Assembly (NCBI GenBank): GCA_965204725.1
Contig: OZ242005.1
Coordinates: 4,128,001-4,192,000, forward strand
DNA: 64,000 nt
Source of the DNA: Candidatus Latescibacterota bacterium
GTDB taxonomy: Bacteria > Latescibacterota > UBA2968 > UBA8231
Direction of reading: 5' to 3'
Part shown: positions 28,209 through 37,038 of the stretch, piece after piece
How positions within the stretch are numbered: position 1 is the first letter of the stretch
How the letters are laid out: each line of letters starts with the position of its first letter
Notes under the pieces: model-generated
Told to the model about the DNA's origin: nothing
What the model saw: the letters and a program-made list of their open reading frames with translations, nothing else
Database searches by the model: none
Made by a program: the position numbers and the translations under genes

Positions 28209-30188
28209 ATGAGCCAGCCCTGTATCCATGACGCGGCCTCCCTCAAGCCGCCCCCAGCCGTTCTCGACGCCGCGCTGGCCCGGCTCGGGTTTGAGCGTTT
28301 TCTGTCCGGTCAACGCGAAGCCATCGAAACCCTGCTCGCCGGCGGTCGCCTGCTTTTGGTCGCCCCCACCGGCGGCGGCAAGAGCTTGACCTACCAGTTG
28401 CCCGCGGCCCTCCTGCCGGGCACGGCCTTAGTCGTCTCGCCGCTCATAGCCCTGATGCACGATCAAGTCCAAGCCCTAACGCGACGCGGCCTCGCCGCTA
28501 CGTACCTATCCTCAACCCTCGATGGCGATGAGTTGCGCCGCCGCATGTCCGGGGTGGCCCAAGGCCAGTACAAGCTGGTCTATGCCGCGCCCGAGCGGCT
28601 GACCTTCTCCGGCTTTCGCGCCCTCCTGAGCCAGATCAGGTGCCCGCTTATTGCCGTGGACGAGGCCCACTGCATCAGCGAGTGGGGCCACGACTTCCGA
28701 CCCGAGTACTTGCAGATTGGCGAGTTGATACGCGCACTGCCCGACTGTCGGGTCCTCGCCTGCACCGCCACGGCCACGCCGGTGGTGCGCGACGAAATTC
28801 TCGAACGCCTCGGGCTACCCAGCGACACGCCCCAGCTAGTGCATGGCTTTGCCCGGCCCAACCTCTCGTTGCGAGTCGCCGAAATCAACAGCGCGGCCGA
28901 GCGGCGGCGGCAAATCGACGCCCTGCTGTCCAAAGCCCTCGGCCCCTCCGGCCAGCAGCCGGGGACCGCCATCGTCTATGCCCCCACCCGCAAGAGCACC
29001 GAGGAAGAGGCCGCCCGCCTGCAAGGGGCCGGCTGGCGGGTCGCCGCCTATCACGCGGGCATGACCGGGCCAGACCGCGACGCCGTTCAGTGCGCCTTTA
29101 TGCAAGACCAAATCCAAATCGTGGTGGCTACCAATGCCTTTGGCATGGGCATTGACCGCGCCGATGTGCGTGCCATCGCCCATCTGGCCCCGCCCAGCTC
29201 AATTGAAGCGTACTATCAGGAAGTAGGCCGCGCCGGGCGCGACGGACAAGACGCATACTGCCTACTGCTGATCTCCCCCGGCGACATGGCCCTGCGACGG
29301 CACCTAATCGAAAGCGATGCCAACGGACGCGCCCCCGACCAAGCGGTGGTCCAGCACAAGTGGAATCTCTTTTTGGAACTAATGCGCTGGAGCGAGGGCG
29401 GGTCCTGTCGCCACGACGCGATCTTGCGCTACTTCGGCGACGAAGCAGAAACGCTCTCGGGCTGCGGCCGCTGCGATGTCTGTCGCAGTCTCTCCCACGC
29501 CGCGGCGAGCAACGCCACCGAGGTCGCTACCACCGTGCGCAAAGCCCTTTGCGCGGTCGCCCGCCTGCACGGACGCTACGGCATCCTAATGGCGGCCAAG
29601 CTCTTGCGCGGCACCAAGGACGCCCGCCTTGCACGCGATGGCCTAGATCGGGCTCCGACCTTTGGCATCCTCAAGGAACATTCTGAGCGGTGGCTTTTAC
29701 AGCTTTTGCGCCGGCTGGTCACGGCGGGTTGGGTCGATTTTTTTGGCGGCGAGCGGCCAGTCGTAGTCCTCACGGAAGAAGGACGCCAAGTCATTCACGC
29801 CGAGCGACCCGCACGCCTGCTCTTGCCGCCTAAGTCGGCCTCGCTCCCGGCAGCCCGCACCCGCCCGCGCACCTCTGACCCAGAAGCCCACCAAGCCCGA
29901 CCCGAAGCTGGGCGCACCGCCCGCGCACATCCGCGCCCCCCCGACCCCAGCGGGGAATTCGACGAAAACGCCCAAGCCCTCTTTGAAGCATTGCGCCACT
30001 ACCGCATGACGCTGGCCCGCGAAGAAAAGGTTCCTCCCTACGTCATCGCCAGCGATCGCACCCTCCGCGACATCGTCCTGCTGCGGCCTGCCAGCCTCGA
30101 AGAGCTCAAGCTGGCGCACGGCATCGGTCCGGCCAAGGCTGAAAAATACGGCGACGACTTGCTATCTATCGTCCGACAGGCCGCCTAA
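28209..30188 (+). CDS. recQ: RecQ-family ATP-dependent DNA helicase (RQC + HRDC)
   Basis: PTGGGKS, DEAHCISEWGHDFRP, ATNAFGMGID, YYQEVGRAGRDG, Zn-binding CR...CGRCDVC and HRDC PPYVI. Confidence 0.92.
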   Translation: MSQPCIHDAASLKPPPAVLDAALARLGFERFLSGQREAIETLLAGGRLLLVAPTGGGKSLTYQLPAALLPGTALVVSPLIALMHDQVQALTRRGLAATYLSSTLDGDELRRRMSGVAQGQYKLVYAAPERLTFSGFRALLSQIRCPLIAVDEAHCISEWGHDFRPEYLQIGELIRALPDCRVLACTATATPVVRDEILERLGLPSDTPQLVHGFARPNLSLRVAEINSAAERRRQIDALLSKALGPSGQQPGTAIVYAPTRKSTEEEAARLQGAGWRVAAYHAGMTGPDRDAVQCAFMQDQIQIVVATNAFGMGIDRADVRAIAHLAPPSSIEAYYQEVGRAGRDGQDAYCLLLISPGDMALRRHLIESDANGRAPDQAVVQHKWNLFLELMRWSEGGSCRHDAILRYFGDEAETLSGCGRCDVCRSLSHAAASNATEVATTVRKALCAVARLHGRYGILMAAKLLRGTKDARLARDGLDRAPTFGILKEHSERWLLQLLRRLVTAGWVDFFGGERPVVVLTEEGRQVIHAERPARLLLPPKSASLPAARTRPRTSDPEAHQARPEAGRTARAHPRPPDPSGEFDENAQALFEALRHYRMTLAREEKVPPYVIASDRTLRDIVLLRPASLEELKLAHGIGPAKAEKYGDDLLSIVRQAA

Positions 30189-30209
30189 CTCGCTCACAGG
30201 AGAACATTC

Positions 30210-31223
30210 ATGGCTACAATTCGTTGGGGTATCATTGGCTGCGGCGACGTCACCGAAGTAAAGAGTGGCCCCGCTCTGTACAAGGCGCGCAATTCCGCGC
30301 TGGTGGCGGTCATGCGCCGCAACCCGGACAAGGCCCGCGATTATGCCGAGCGCCACGGCGTACCCAAATGGTACCACCGATCCGAGTTACTCATCAACGA
30401 CCCGAACGTCGATGCGGTCTATATCGCGACGCCTCCCGACACCCACGCTTACTACACAATCCAAGCCGCCCAAGCCGGCAAACCTGTTTACGTCGAAAAA
30501 CCAATGGCGCGCAATTACGGCGAGTGTTTGGCGATGAGAAACGCCTGCCTCCAGGCCGAGGTGCGGCTTTTTGTCGCCTATTACCGCCGCGCCTTGCCCG
30601 CTTTTCTCAAGATCAAGTCGCTAGTTGAGGAAGGGGCCATCGGCGCGGTGCGCTTCGTCTCCATCGCGCTCTGCCGACCCGCATCGGAGGACTCCTACGA
30701 CCTGCCTTGGCGCGTCGTCTCAGCGATCTCGGGCGGCGGCTATTTCTTCGACCTAGCCTCGCACCAGCTCGACTTCCTCGATTTTGTGCTCGGCCCTATC
30801 ATCCAAGCCTCGGGCTACGCGACCAATCAAGCCGGGCTCTATCGGGCCGAAGATGCGGTTACCGCCAGCTTCGTCTTTGAATCCGGCGTTCTCGGCGTCG
30901 GAGTCTGGAACTTCGCCGCCGACCAGTCCCGCGATCAGATCGAAATCGTCGGCGACAAGGGCCGGATCACCTTTTCCACGTTTGCCTTCACCCCGGTCGA
31001 ATTGGAGACGGACGCCGGTACTGAAACCTTTGCCTTCGACCCGCCTGAACACGTACAGCAGCCACTCATCCAAACCGTCGTCGATGCCCTGTTGGCCCGG
31101 GACACTTGCCTCAGCACCGGCCTAACTGCCGCCCGCACTAACCGCATCATGGATATGATCATCAGCGACCATAGCCTTGTGCGACCTCTCACTCACCATC
31201 GGGTGCGGTGGGGGCGGATCTAG
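30210..31223 (+). CDS. Gfo/Idh/MocA family oxidoreductase
   Basis: WGIIGCG, YIATPP and YVEKP motifs. Confidence 0.9.
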   Translation: MATIRWGIIGCGDVTEVKSGPALYKARNSALVAVMRRNPDKARDYAERHGVPKWYHRSELLINDPNVDAVYIATPPDTHAYYTIQAAQAGKPVYVEKPMARNYGECLAMRNACLQAEVRLFVAYYRRALPAFLKIKSLVEEGAIGAVRFVSIALCRPASEDSYDLPWRVVSAISGGGYFFDLASHQLDFLDFVLGPIIQASGYATNQAGLYRAEDAVTASFVFESGVLGVGVWNFAADQSRDQIEIVGDKGRITFSTFAFTPVELETDAGTETFAFDPPEHVQQPLIQTVVDALLARDTCLSTGLTAARTNRIMDMIISDHSLVRPLTHHRVRWGRI

Positions 31224-32026
31224 TAGCCGGTCAGTAACTGCAACGCGGTCTCGCGGTTCAATAGTGCCGCATCTTCTGCCCGTTCCAAAAACGGACGCAC
31301 ATCAGCCGCCACCTGATCCCACGCCAGCGTACGCAGCCGGTTGCCGACCGCTTCCCGCCAAGTCCGCGCTGTCAGGGCCTCGCCGGGCCAATGGGTCTGC
31401 TGCAACGCCGCGTTGAGTAGGGACAGGTTGGGCGCAGGCCACATCCGATCGCTCAAGTACCATATTAAGTCGTACAGATCCCGCCCTTTGGTATAAGGGC
31501 GTTGTAGAATCGCATGCAGTTTGCCAGCCAGCAGGGAAGCCCGGTCGTGGTGCTGGAGCCGCAGTGTCACGTGTCGGCGCACCAAACGGGTTTCCAGCAC
31601 GGCACCGGCTGGCGGATTCGCATCGACCTCAATTTGTACGGCGAGGACTTCGTTTTGATGCGGCGAGAGACCGGCCTCGTACAGCAGGCCCCTAAAGCGC
31701 ACGAACGCACGGTGGACGGTCCTCTGATCGTTCAAGCCGAGCCCGACTTCATACCCCTCGCGAGCAAGTTCCGAGCGAATGGCCGCTAAATAGGCCCGCA
31801 AGTCGTAGGAGCTCGAGGCGCCTTCGAGTGTAAAGTCGAGGTCTTCGGAGTAGCGCGGCAGCGCAAAGAGGAAGCGCAGGCTAGTGCCCCCTTGGAACGC
31901 CAGCGGCACCATCGCCCCTGCACGCTGTAGAACATCCAAAATGCGGGCCTGCAAGTATTCGCGCAGGACGTTGCGTCCCTGCACAGGATCGGCCGCCTGC
32001 ACGAGTTGGAGGAGGTGATCCTTCAT
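31220..32026 (-). CDS. AbiEii/AbiGii-family nucleotidyltransferase toxin (type IV TA)
   Basis: FQGGTSL, RYSEDLDF, KLHA and KGRDLYD motifs. Confidence 0.9.
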   Translation of the reverse strand: MKDHLLQLVQAADPVQGRNVLREYLQARILDVLQRAGAMVPLAFQGGTSLRFLFALPRYSEDLDFTLEGASSSYDLRAYLAAIRSELAREGYEVGLGLNDQRTVHRAFVRFRGLLYEAGLSPHQNEVLAVQIEVDANPPAGAVLETRLVRRHVTLRLQHHDRASLLAGKLHAILQRPYTKGRDLYDLIWYLSDRMWPAPNLSLLNAALQQTHWPGEALTARTWREAVGNRLRTLAWDQVAADVRPFLERAEDAALLNRETALQLLTGY

Positions 32027-32661
32027 AGCGTCTCATAGCCCAACATCGCGTCTCGGGCCAGTGCGCGAATGCGCCGGGCGGCCCGCAGCAGTTTGGGACG
32101 AGCGGCGATGGCCGCTAGGCGATCCAGCTCCTTTAGGTCAAAGGCCCCCAAGTCGAGGCGCAGTTCGTTGATATAAGCCGGTGCATCGCCCTGCGGCTGT
32201 AGATAGATCAAATCGAGCAGGGCCTTTTCCGGCGCGGCGACAAAAGCCGACTGGCCCCGAGCCAACTCTACCTGTTGGTACCCGTAGAGCAGATCGGTCT
32301 TGAGATGGCGAAAGGAAAAGCGCCCTAGCGGCGTCTGGCGGAGTTGGGGACGCTCGGCTGTCGCGCTGGTCACTTCCGGCACGTACTCGGGAATCATACC
32401 GGCGTGTGCCAACGCCGACAAACCACTGACATAAGAGCCGCGCACTAGGCGATTGGCAACGAGGAAGGGATGGGGCGCGACTTGGCGATAGGGAGGAGCT
32501 AGCGCATAAAGCCCGCGCCGCAGTTGGTACAGCTGTCCGGCTTGGGTCCAGCGCACGAGTTGTCGCCGCATAGCACTCGGGTTTACGGCCCCGGCCAAGA
32601 GCAGGCCGGTTTCAAATAGCGGCTCATCAGCGACAATGGCGAGTAACTGATCGAATTTCAC
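32023..32661 (-). CDS. AbiEi-family antitoxin
   Basis: N-terminal wHTH with LRRGLY, SYVSGLSAL...IPE, PEKALLD; 4-bp overlap with the toxin. Confidence 0.85.
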   Translation of the reverse strand: MKFDQLLAIVADEPLFETGLLLAGAVNPSAMRRQLVRWTQAGQLYQLRRGLYALAPPYRQVAPHPFLVANRLVRGSYVSGLSALAHAGMIPEYVPEVTSATAERPQLRQTPLGRFSFRHLKTDLLYGYQQVELARGQSAFVAAPEKALLDLIYLQPQGDAPAYINELRLDLGAFDLKELDRLAAIAARPKLLRAARRIRALARDAMLGYETL

Positions 32662-32828
32662 AACAACAATAGACCTTTAATGGCAACTTATTGTAATAAA
32701 ATGCCGCCACGGCGAGTGCTTGGCAACGAGCACCCCGCCGCTTTTTAACAGTAATGTTGGGCAGTAGCCAGAATTTTCGTATATACCAAGCAAAAGGGAA
32801 ATGGCCCGCCGCTTAGATGGGAACTTCC

Positions 32829-32936
32829 ATGGATTCTTCTTGTTTGCAGTACGCGCTGACCGAGGCTGAAAGCCTAGAATTCACACGGCGCGGCGTCGGC
32901 CCCCGCGCTCGGCTGATCCGCGAGGCCGCGGCCTAA
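32829..32936 (+). pseudogene. 35-aa remnant of a PhyH-like gene with a large internal deletion
   Basis: MDSSCLQYALTEAESLEF resembles PhyH N-termini; runs straight into a stop overlapping the next ATG. Confidence 0.4.
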
Positions 32937-33934
32937 TGCGGGCTTTGGTAACTGGCGGCACCGGCTTTGTCGGCGGAGCTTTGGTCCGCGCCCTCGTGGC
33001 TGATGGCGCACAAATCCGGGTGCTGGCGCGGCCCACCAGTCAGACTAAGGCACTGGAGAGTTTGGGCGTCGAGATCGTCCGCGGCGACATTCTCGTCCGT
33101 GCGAGCATTGAAGCCGCGCTCGAAGGGTGCGATACTCTCTTCCACGCCGCGGCACTCTACGACTTATGGGGGTTGGACGAGGCCGAACTTTTGGCCACGG
33201 AAACCGAGGGGACCCGCAATGCCATGGCCGCGGCGTTGGCGGCCGGCGTCGCCAAGGTCGTCTATACCAGCACTGCCGTCTGTATTGGCGAGGCCAAAGG
33301 CCAAGTCGCCACCGAGGCAACGGCTCATCGCGGCTACTTTCTCTCCAGTTATGAAAAAGCCAAACGCGCTGCCGAGCAGGTGGCGTTCGCGTATGCGGAA
33401 AAAGGGGTGCCGCTCATCTGCGTCCAGCCCGCTGCCATCTACGGTCCAGGCGATCGCAAGCCCACCGGGCGCTTTATCCTCAACCTACTCAACGGTCGGG
33501 TCCCCGCGCTCTTTCCCGGCAGGGTGAGCTTAGTGTACATCGACGACGCGGCTCGGGGGCACGTGCTGGCGGCTGAAAAGGGCCGGGTGGGGGAACGCTA
33601 TATACTCGCGGGCACGGTTGGCAAATTGACCGAACTCGGCCGACTGGTCTGTCGGTTAGCTGGGCGCTGGGTGCCGCCGACCATTCCCACTCCGCTGGCC
33701 GCACCCTACGCGCTCGGCGGCGAGGCCCTTTCGCGCCTGACCCGCCGACCGCCGGTCCTGTCTTGGGAAACCTACCGCCTCATCGCCCACGGCTTCTGCG
33801 CCGACGGAAGCCGGGCCACTGCTGAGTTGGGTCTGGCCTATACGCCCCAAGAGGAAGGGTTGACGCGGACGATCCATTGGTGCTGGGAGCAGGGCTTGCT
33901 TAGACGCCGACCAGCCTGCATCCGCGATCCGTAG
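32936..33934 (+). CDS. NAD-dependent epimerase/dehydratase (dihydroflavonol reductase/HpnA-like)
   Basis: TGGTGFVG, FHAAA, YTST, YEKAK (YxxxK), YGPGD. Confidence 0.88.
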   Translation: MRALVTGGTGFVGGALVRALVADGAQIRVLARPTSQTKALESLGVEIVRGDILVRASIEAALEGCDTLFHAAALYDLWGLDEAELLATETEGTRNAMAAALAAGVAKVVYTSTAVCIGEAKGQVATEATAHRGYFLSSYEKAKRAAEQVAFAYAEKGVPLICVQPAAIYGPGDRKPTGRFILNLLNGRVPALFPGRVSLVYIDDAARGHVLAAEKGRVGERYILAGTVGKLTELGRLVCRLAGRWVPPTIPTPLAAPYALGGEALSRLTRRPPVLSWETYRLIAHGFCADGSRATAELGLAYTPQEEGLTRTIHWCWEQGLLRRRPACIRDP

Positions 33935-33954
33935 TTGGGTTTCTCGCTCGTCCA

Positions 33955-34827
33955 TTAGGTACTCCCTCCGACACCCTCTCGTTCGACAATGCTTTTGATT
34001 GTTGGGAAGGGGGCCACTTCGATCAGTTCGAGCGTCTCGGGCGACAGCCGCGCCTTTACGCCCTCGGGCAAAGGATTGGAAGAGGGAATGTGCTGGCTGC
34101 AATAGCGCAGGGTCAAAAAGCGGCGCTGGCGGTCTTTGGGCTGCCAAGAAAGGGCACCGTGGACGACCAACTCGGAAATGACGACCACGTCCCCAGCCTT
34201 GGGGTTGAAATTGGCCACGCCCTCGGGGACCTCGGTCGAGTTGTAGGAGTCGTTGTACGTGCCATCCTTATAGCTGCCCGGGTAGAACATTTCCAGCGGG
34301 CGGGAGAAGTTGGCCTTGTGCGAGCCGGGCAGGACGATGAGACCGCCGTCGCCCGGCTGTACATCCGTTAGGTAAAAGAAAAAGACCAAGTCGTTGCAGG
34401 AAATGCGGCCGTTGTGGACTTGGTAGCGACGCCAGCCCGGCACGGCAGCCCGCAGCGAACTCTCGTGGCCGGAGTGCAGGGGGTGAAAGGGTTTGCCGTG
34501 GAAATCGACCATCATATTGCCGCCGCTGAGCCGCGGCCGATCATCGAGCAATTCTTTGATGATCGGCCAAGTCACCGGGTGCATGGTCAGGGCTTCAAGG
34601 GCTTTGTCAAAGGCAAAGGCGTGCAAATACCAGTTGAAGTGGCCGCGCTCAAGGTTGATCGCAAAGCCGTCGGGCACTTGCTCGGGGGGTGTGTCGATAT
34701 AGCGCTGCGCCGCCTCTTGGGCCTTTTGTAACGCTGCGCCTTGGAGTACTCCTTCGAGGTGCAGGTAGCCGGTCAAATCGAAGAAGTAGCGCTGTTCGGG
34801 GGTCATAAGTGCGTTCATTGCAGACAT
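33955..34827 (-). CDS. Phytanoyl-CoA dioxygenase (PhyH) family protein
   Basis: YFFDLTGYL, LHSG, GGLIVLPGSHK, GDVVV...HG...RR. Confidence 0.85.
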   Translation of the reverse strand: MSAMNALMTPEQRYFFDLTGYLHLEGVLQGAALQKAQEAAQRYIDTPPEQVPDGFAINLERGHFNWYLHAFAFDKALEALTMHPVTWPIIKELLDDRPRLSGGNMMVDFHGKPFHPLHSGHESSLRAAVPGWRRYQVHNGRISCNDLVFFFYLTDVQPGDGGLIVLPGSHKANFSRPLEMFYPGSYKDGTYNDSYNSTEVPEGVANFNPKAGDVVVISELVVHGALSWQPKDRQRRFLTLRYCSQHIPSSNPLPEGVKARLSPETLELIEVAPFPTIKSIVEREGVGGST

Positions 34828-34837
34828 CTCCTAACGT

Positions 34838-35127
34838 TTAGATGAACCTAGACGTGATTTGCCCCACGAGTGCCTCGCCCCGCACGTAGCGGTCGAGGTT
34901 GGCGGCGGCCAAGTGCGCCCGCTTGCGCGAGGTGCCGTCGCGCCTCTCCGTAGCGGTGGGCGCACATGAGGATGAACATCATGGCACTCTGGGTCAACGC
35001 CACGCTGCCGAGCCGCCCGGGGCAATGGGCGAGCAACAGCCCGGCGTTGAGAGTCCCCTCGACATCGACGTGGTCGAGGCCGGTGGTCTGGACTTGGAGG
35101 AATTTGGTCCTTGATGCGGTTGTGCAT
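34838..35127 (-). pseudogene. Internally deleted, frameshifted D-2-hydroxyacid dehydrogenase remnant
   Basis: Start MHNRIK with GGAG RBS; second frame LQVQTTGLDHVDV...LAHCPG...SAMMFILM; third frame C-terminus AAANLDRYVRGEAL. The NAD-binding domain is missing. Confidence 0.6.
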
Positions 35128-35135
35128 GTCGTCTC

Positions 35136-37028
35136 CTAACTCCACGGCCGGGCATAAGAGGGCTTGTTGACGAAACGCTCCATTCCCAAGTCGAGCCGAA
35201 TTGCCGCGCCCGCTTGGAGGCAGACGGTGAAGTGGCGATCCTGTACGGCGACCGTTTTGTCCACTAGCTGCCCCTGCACGGTCTGCTGATATTGGGCGGC
35301 GTGTGCATGCCCCAAGCCGGCCTCTTCAGCCGCGATGGCCCGGCGCTGCTGGTAGGCAACGCGGGTGAAGCGGTGCTCGCCAAAAGCACCGGCCTGTAGC
35401 AAGACCTCGCGCCCCTGAGTCGGGTGCAGGTTGACCAAGTGCAGGACGGCCCGCTCGGCGGCGAGCGACTCCACCAAGGCGGCCACGTCTGGCGGCAAGC
35501 CCGGCCGGCCGCGTTGCGGGTCGAAGTAGCGCAGGCGGGCCATGAGCAGGCCGCCGTTGTACATAAAGAGCGGGGCACCCATCGTCAACTGCACCAAGCC
35601 CTCAACGGTGATGGGGTTGCGGACTTGCAAATATGCGTCGCTGTACGTAGAAGGGTCTTGCTGGTCGTCGCGCATAAAGGCCAAGCGCTGATATACTTGC
35701 GCGTGGTTGTGTCGCAGGATATCTACCGGATATTCCGGGTATTCGCCTGCGAGATATGCGGTCCAAGCGGCTTCGTGGCCGCCGCCGTGCTTGGAAAAGT
35801 GCGAGCGCACCTGCCGCCAGTTGTCGGGGTCGCGCTGCTGTTTGAGCCGCTCCCAGTCCTCTTGCTCCATGCTCATGCACCAGAGGTGGGTTGTGGGCTG
35901 GGCCTGCATGGGGCTGTAGCCATCCCAGCCTTTGTCGTGGTAGAAGTGCGGCGCGTACAGCGTCTGTCCCCTCATTTCCCCTTGCTGCATCAGCACGTCA
36001 ATTTGGGAGCGCGGAAAGTCCATGTAGCGCGCGTCGCCGGAGAGCAAGGTCGCGTTTTCAGCGGCCGCAATGCAGGCGTCGCTCAGGTGGTGCCAGCCGT
36101 GCGGCCAAGTCCAGCCATAGTAGCCGCCGTACCACTTGCCGTCGATGTACTCGCCGATTTGCCCCGAAAGGCCGACGTTGTCGGGCAGGATGCCGTTGTT
36201 TTGCCGGGTGCGCTCGACCCAAGCATGGGTGTATTCCTCGACCCAAGCTCGGTACTTGTCGTCGCCGCTGCACAGATAGGCGTTGGTCACCATGCTGGTA
36301 GCGGCGAGGTTGCAGGCCACATCGCCGCGGCTCATCCGCTCGACGAGGATTTGGCCCATCTTCTCTTCCATGCCCGGCTTTTGCAAATCCTCGACCATCT
36401 CAATGCCGGGAACGTCGTGAAACGGCAAGGGCCAAGGCTTCCACTGGGCGTAGCGATAGGCCGTGTAGTGCTTTGCAAAATTGCGGTGCGCCGGCCCCAT
36501 ACTGCCGTTGTGGGCGCAGCGGATGAGCTTTTTCTCCGCGTCGTAATTGGGGGCCGCTGGGTCTTCGTTGAGATAGAAACCCGCATAGCGCTGAGCGCGC
36601 TCGACGTTCTTTTCGTGCGTTGGATCGGCGAGGCATAGCAAATAAAAAAACAAGTACCCCTCGCCTTGGTGCATCCAGTCGTACCCTTGCTCGTATTCTT
36701 TGACGACCATGGGGTGGCCGTGGCCGGTGTCGTACCGAGAAAACTGCCGGGTGATCCCCTCCCAAGCGCGATGGGAGTATTCTAGAATGTGATCGCCGCC
36801 GCCGAGCAAATAAAAGAGCGGCCAGTTGTGAAAACTCTCGTACGCGTCGTCGAGGCCGTCAATGCCACTGAAGTCCTCGCTGGGCGGCCACATCACCGAG
36901 CCGTCTGGACGCACGTAGCGCTCCCAGAGCGGATGGACAGCGTCGTCCATTAGGTCGATTAGGCTGCGCTCGAGAACGGCCCATTGGGGCGGCTCGACAA
37001 AAGGTATGTTCCCTTCAACTCTTATCAT
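35136..37028 (-). CDS. Conserved-looking hypothetical protein (aromatic/acidic-rich, possible carbohydrate-active alpha/alpha barrel)
   Basis: About 630 aa ORF with GAGG RBS; motifs DGLDDAYESFHNWP, GYDWMHQGEG, WYGGYYGWTWPHG. Confidence 0.75.
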   Translation of the reverse strand: MIRVEGNIPFVEPPQWAVLERSLIDLMDDAVHPLWERYVRPDGSVMWPPSEDFSGIDGLDDAYESFHNWPLFYLLGGGDHILEYSHRAWEGITRQFSRYDTGHGHPMVVKEYEQGYDWMHQGEGYLFFYLLCLADPTHEKNVERAQRYAGFYLNEDPAAPNYDAEKKLIRCAHNGSMGPAHRNFAKHYTAYRYAQWKPWPLPFHDVPGIEMVEDLQKPGMEEKMGQILVERMSRGDVACNLAATSMVTNAYLCSGDDKYRAWVEEYTHAWVERTRQNNGILPDNVGLSGQIGEYIDGKWYGGYYGWTWPHGWHHLSDACIAAAENATLLSGDARYMDFPRSQIDVLMQQGEMRGQTLYAPHFYHDKGWDGYSPMQAQPTTHLWCMSMEQEDWERLKQQRDPDNWRQVRSHFSKHGGGHEAAWTAYLAGEYPEYPVDILRHNHAQVYQRLAFMRDDQQDPSTYSDAYLQVRNPITVEGLVQLTMGAPLFMYNGGLLMARLRYFDPQRGRPGLPPDVAALVESLAAERAVLHLVNLHPTQGREVLLQAGAFGEHRFTRVAYQQRRAIAAEEAGLGHAHAAQYQQTVQGQLVDKTVAVQDRHFTVCLQAGAAIRLDLGMERFVNKPSYARPWS

Positions 37029-37038
37029 TTCAGCCTCC

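Noticed and set aside
28209-30188. RecQ as part of the defence island
   Set aside because: Returns to host-like GC content and has standard housekeeping RQC/HRDC architecture.
35424-36638. 404-aa plus-strand ORF (and the similar 364-aa ORF at 56460-57554)
   Set aside because: Antisense shadows of well-supported genes, with no motifs.
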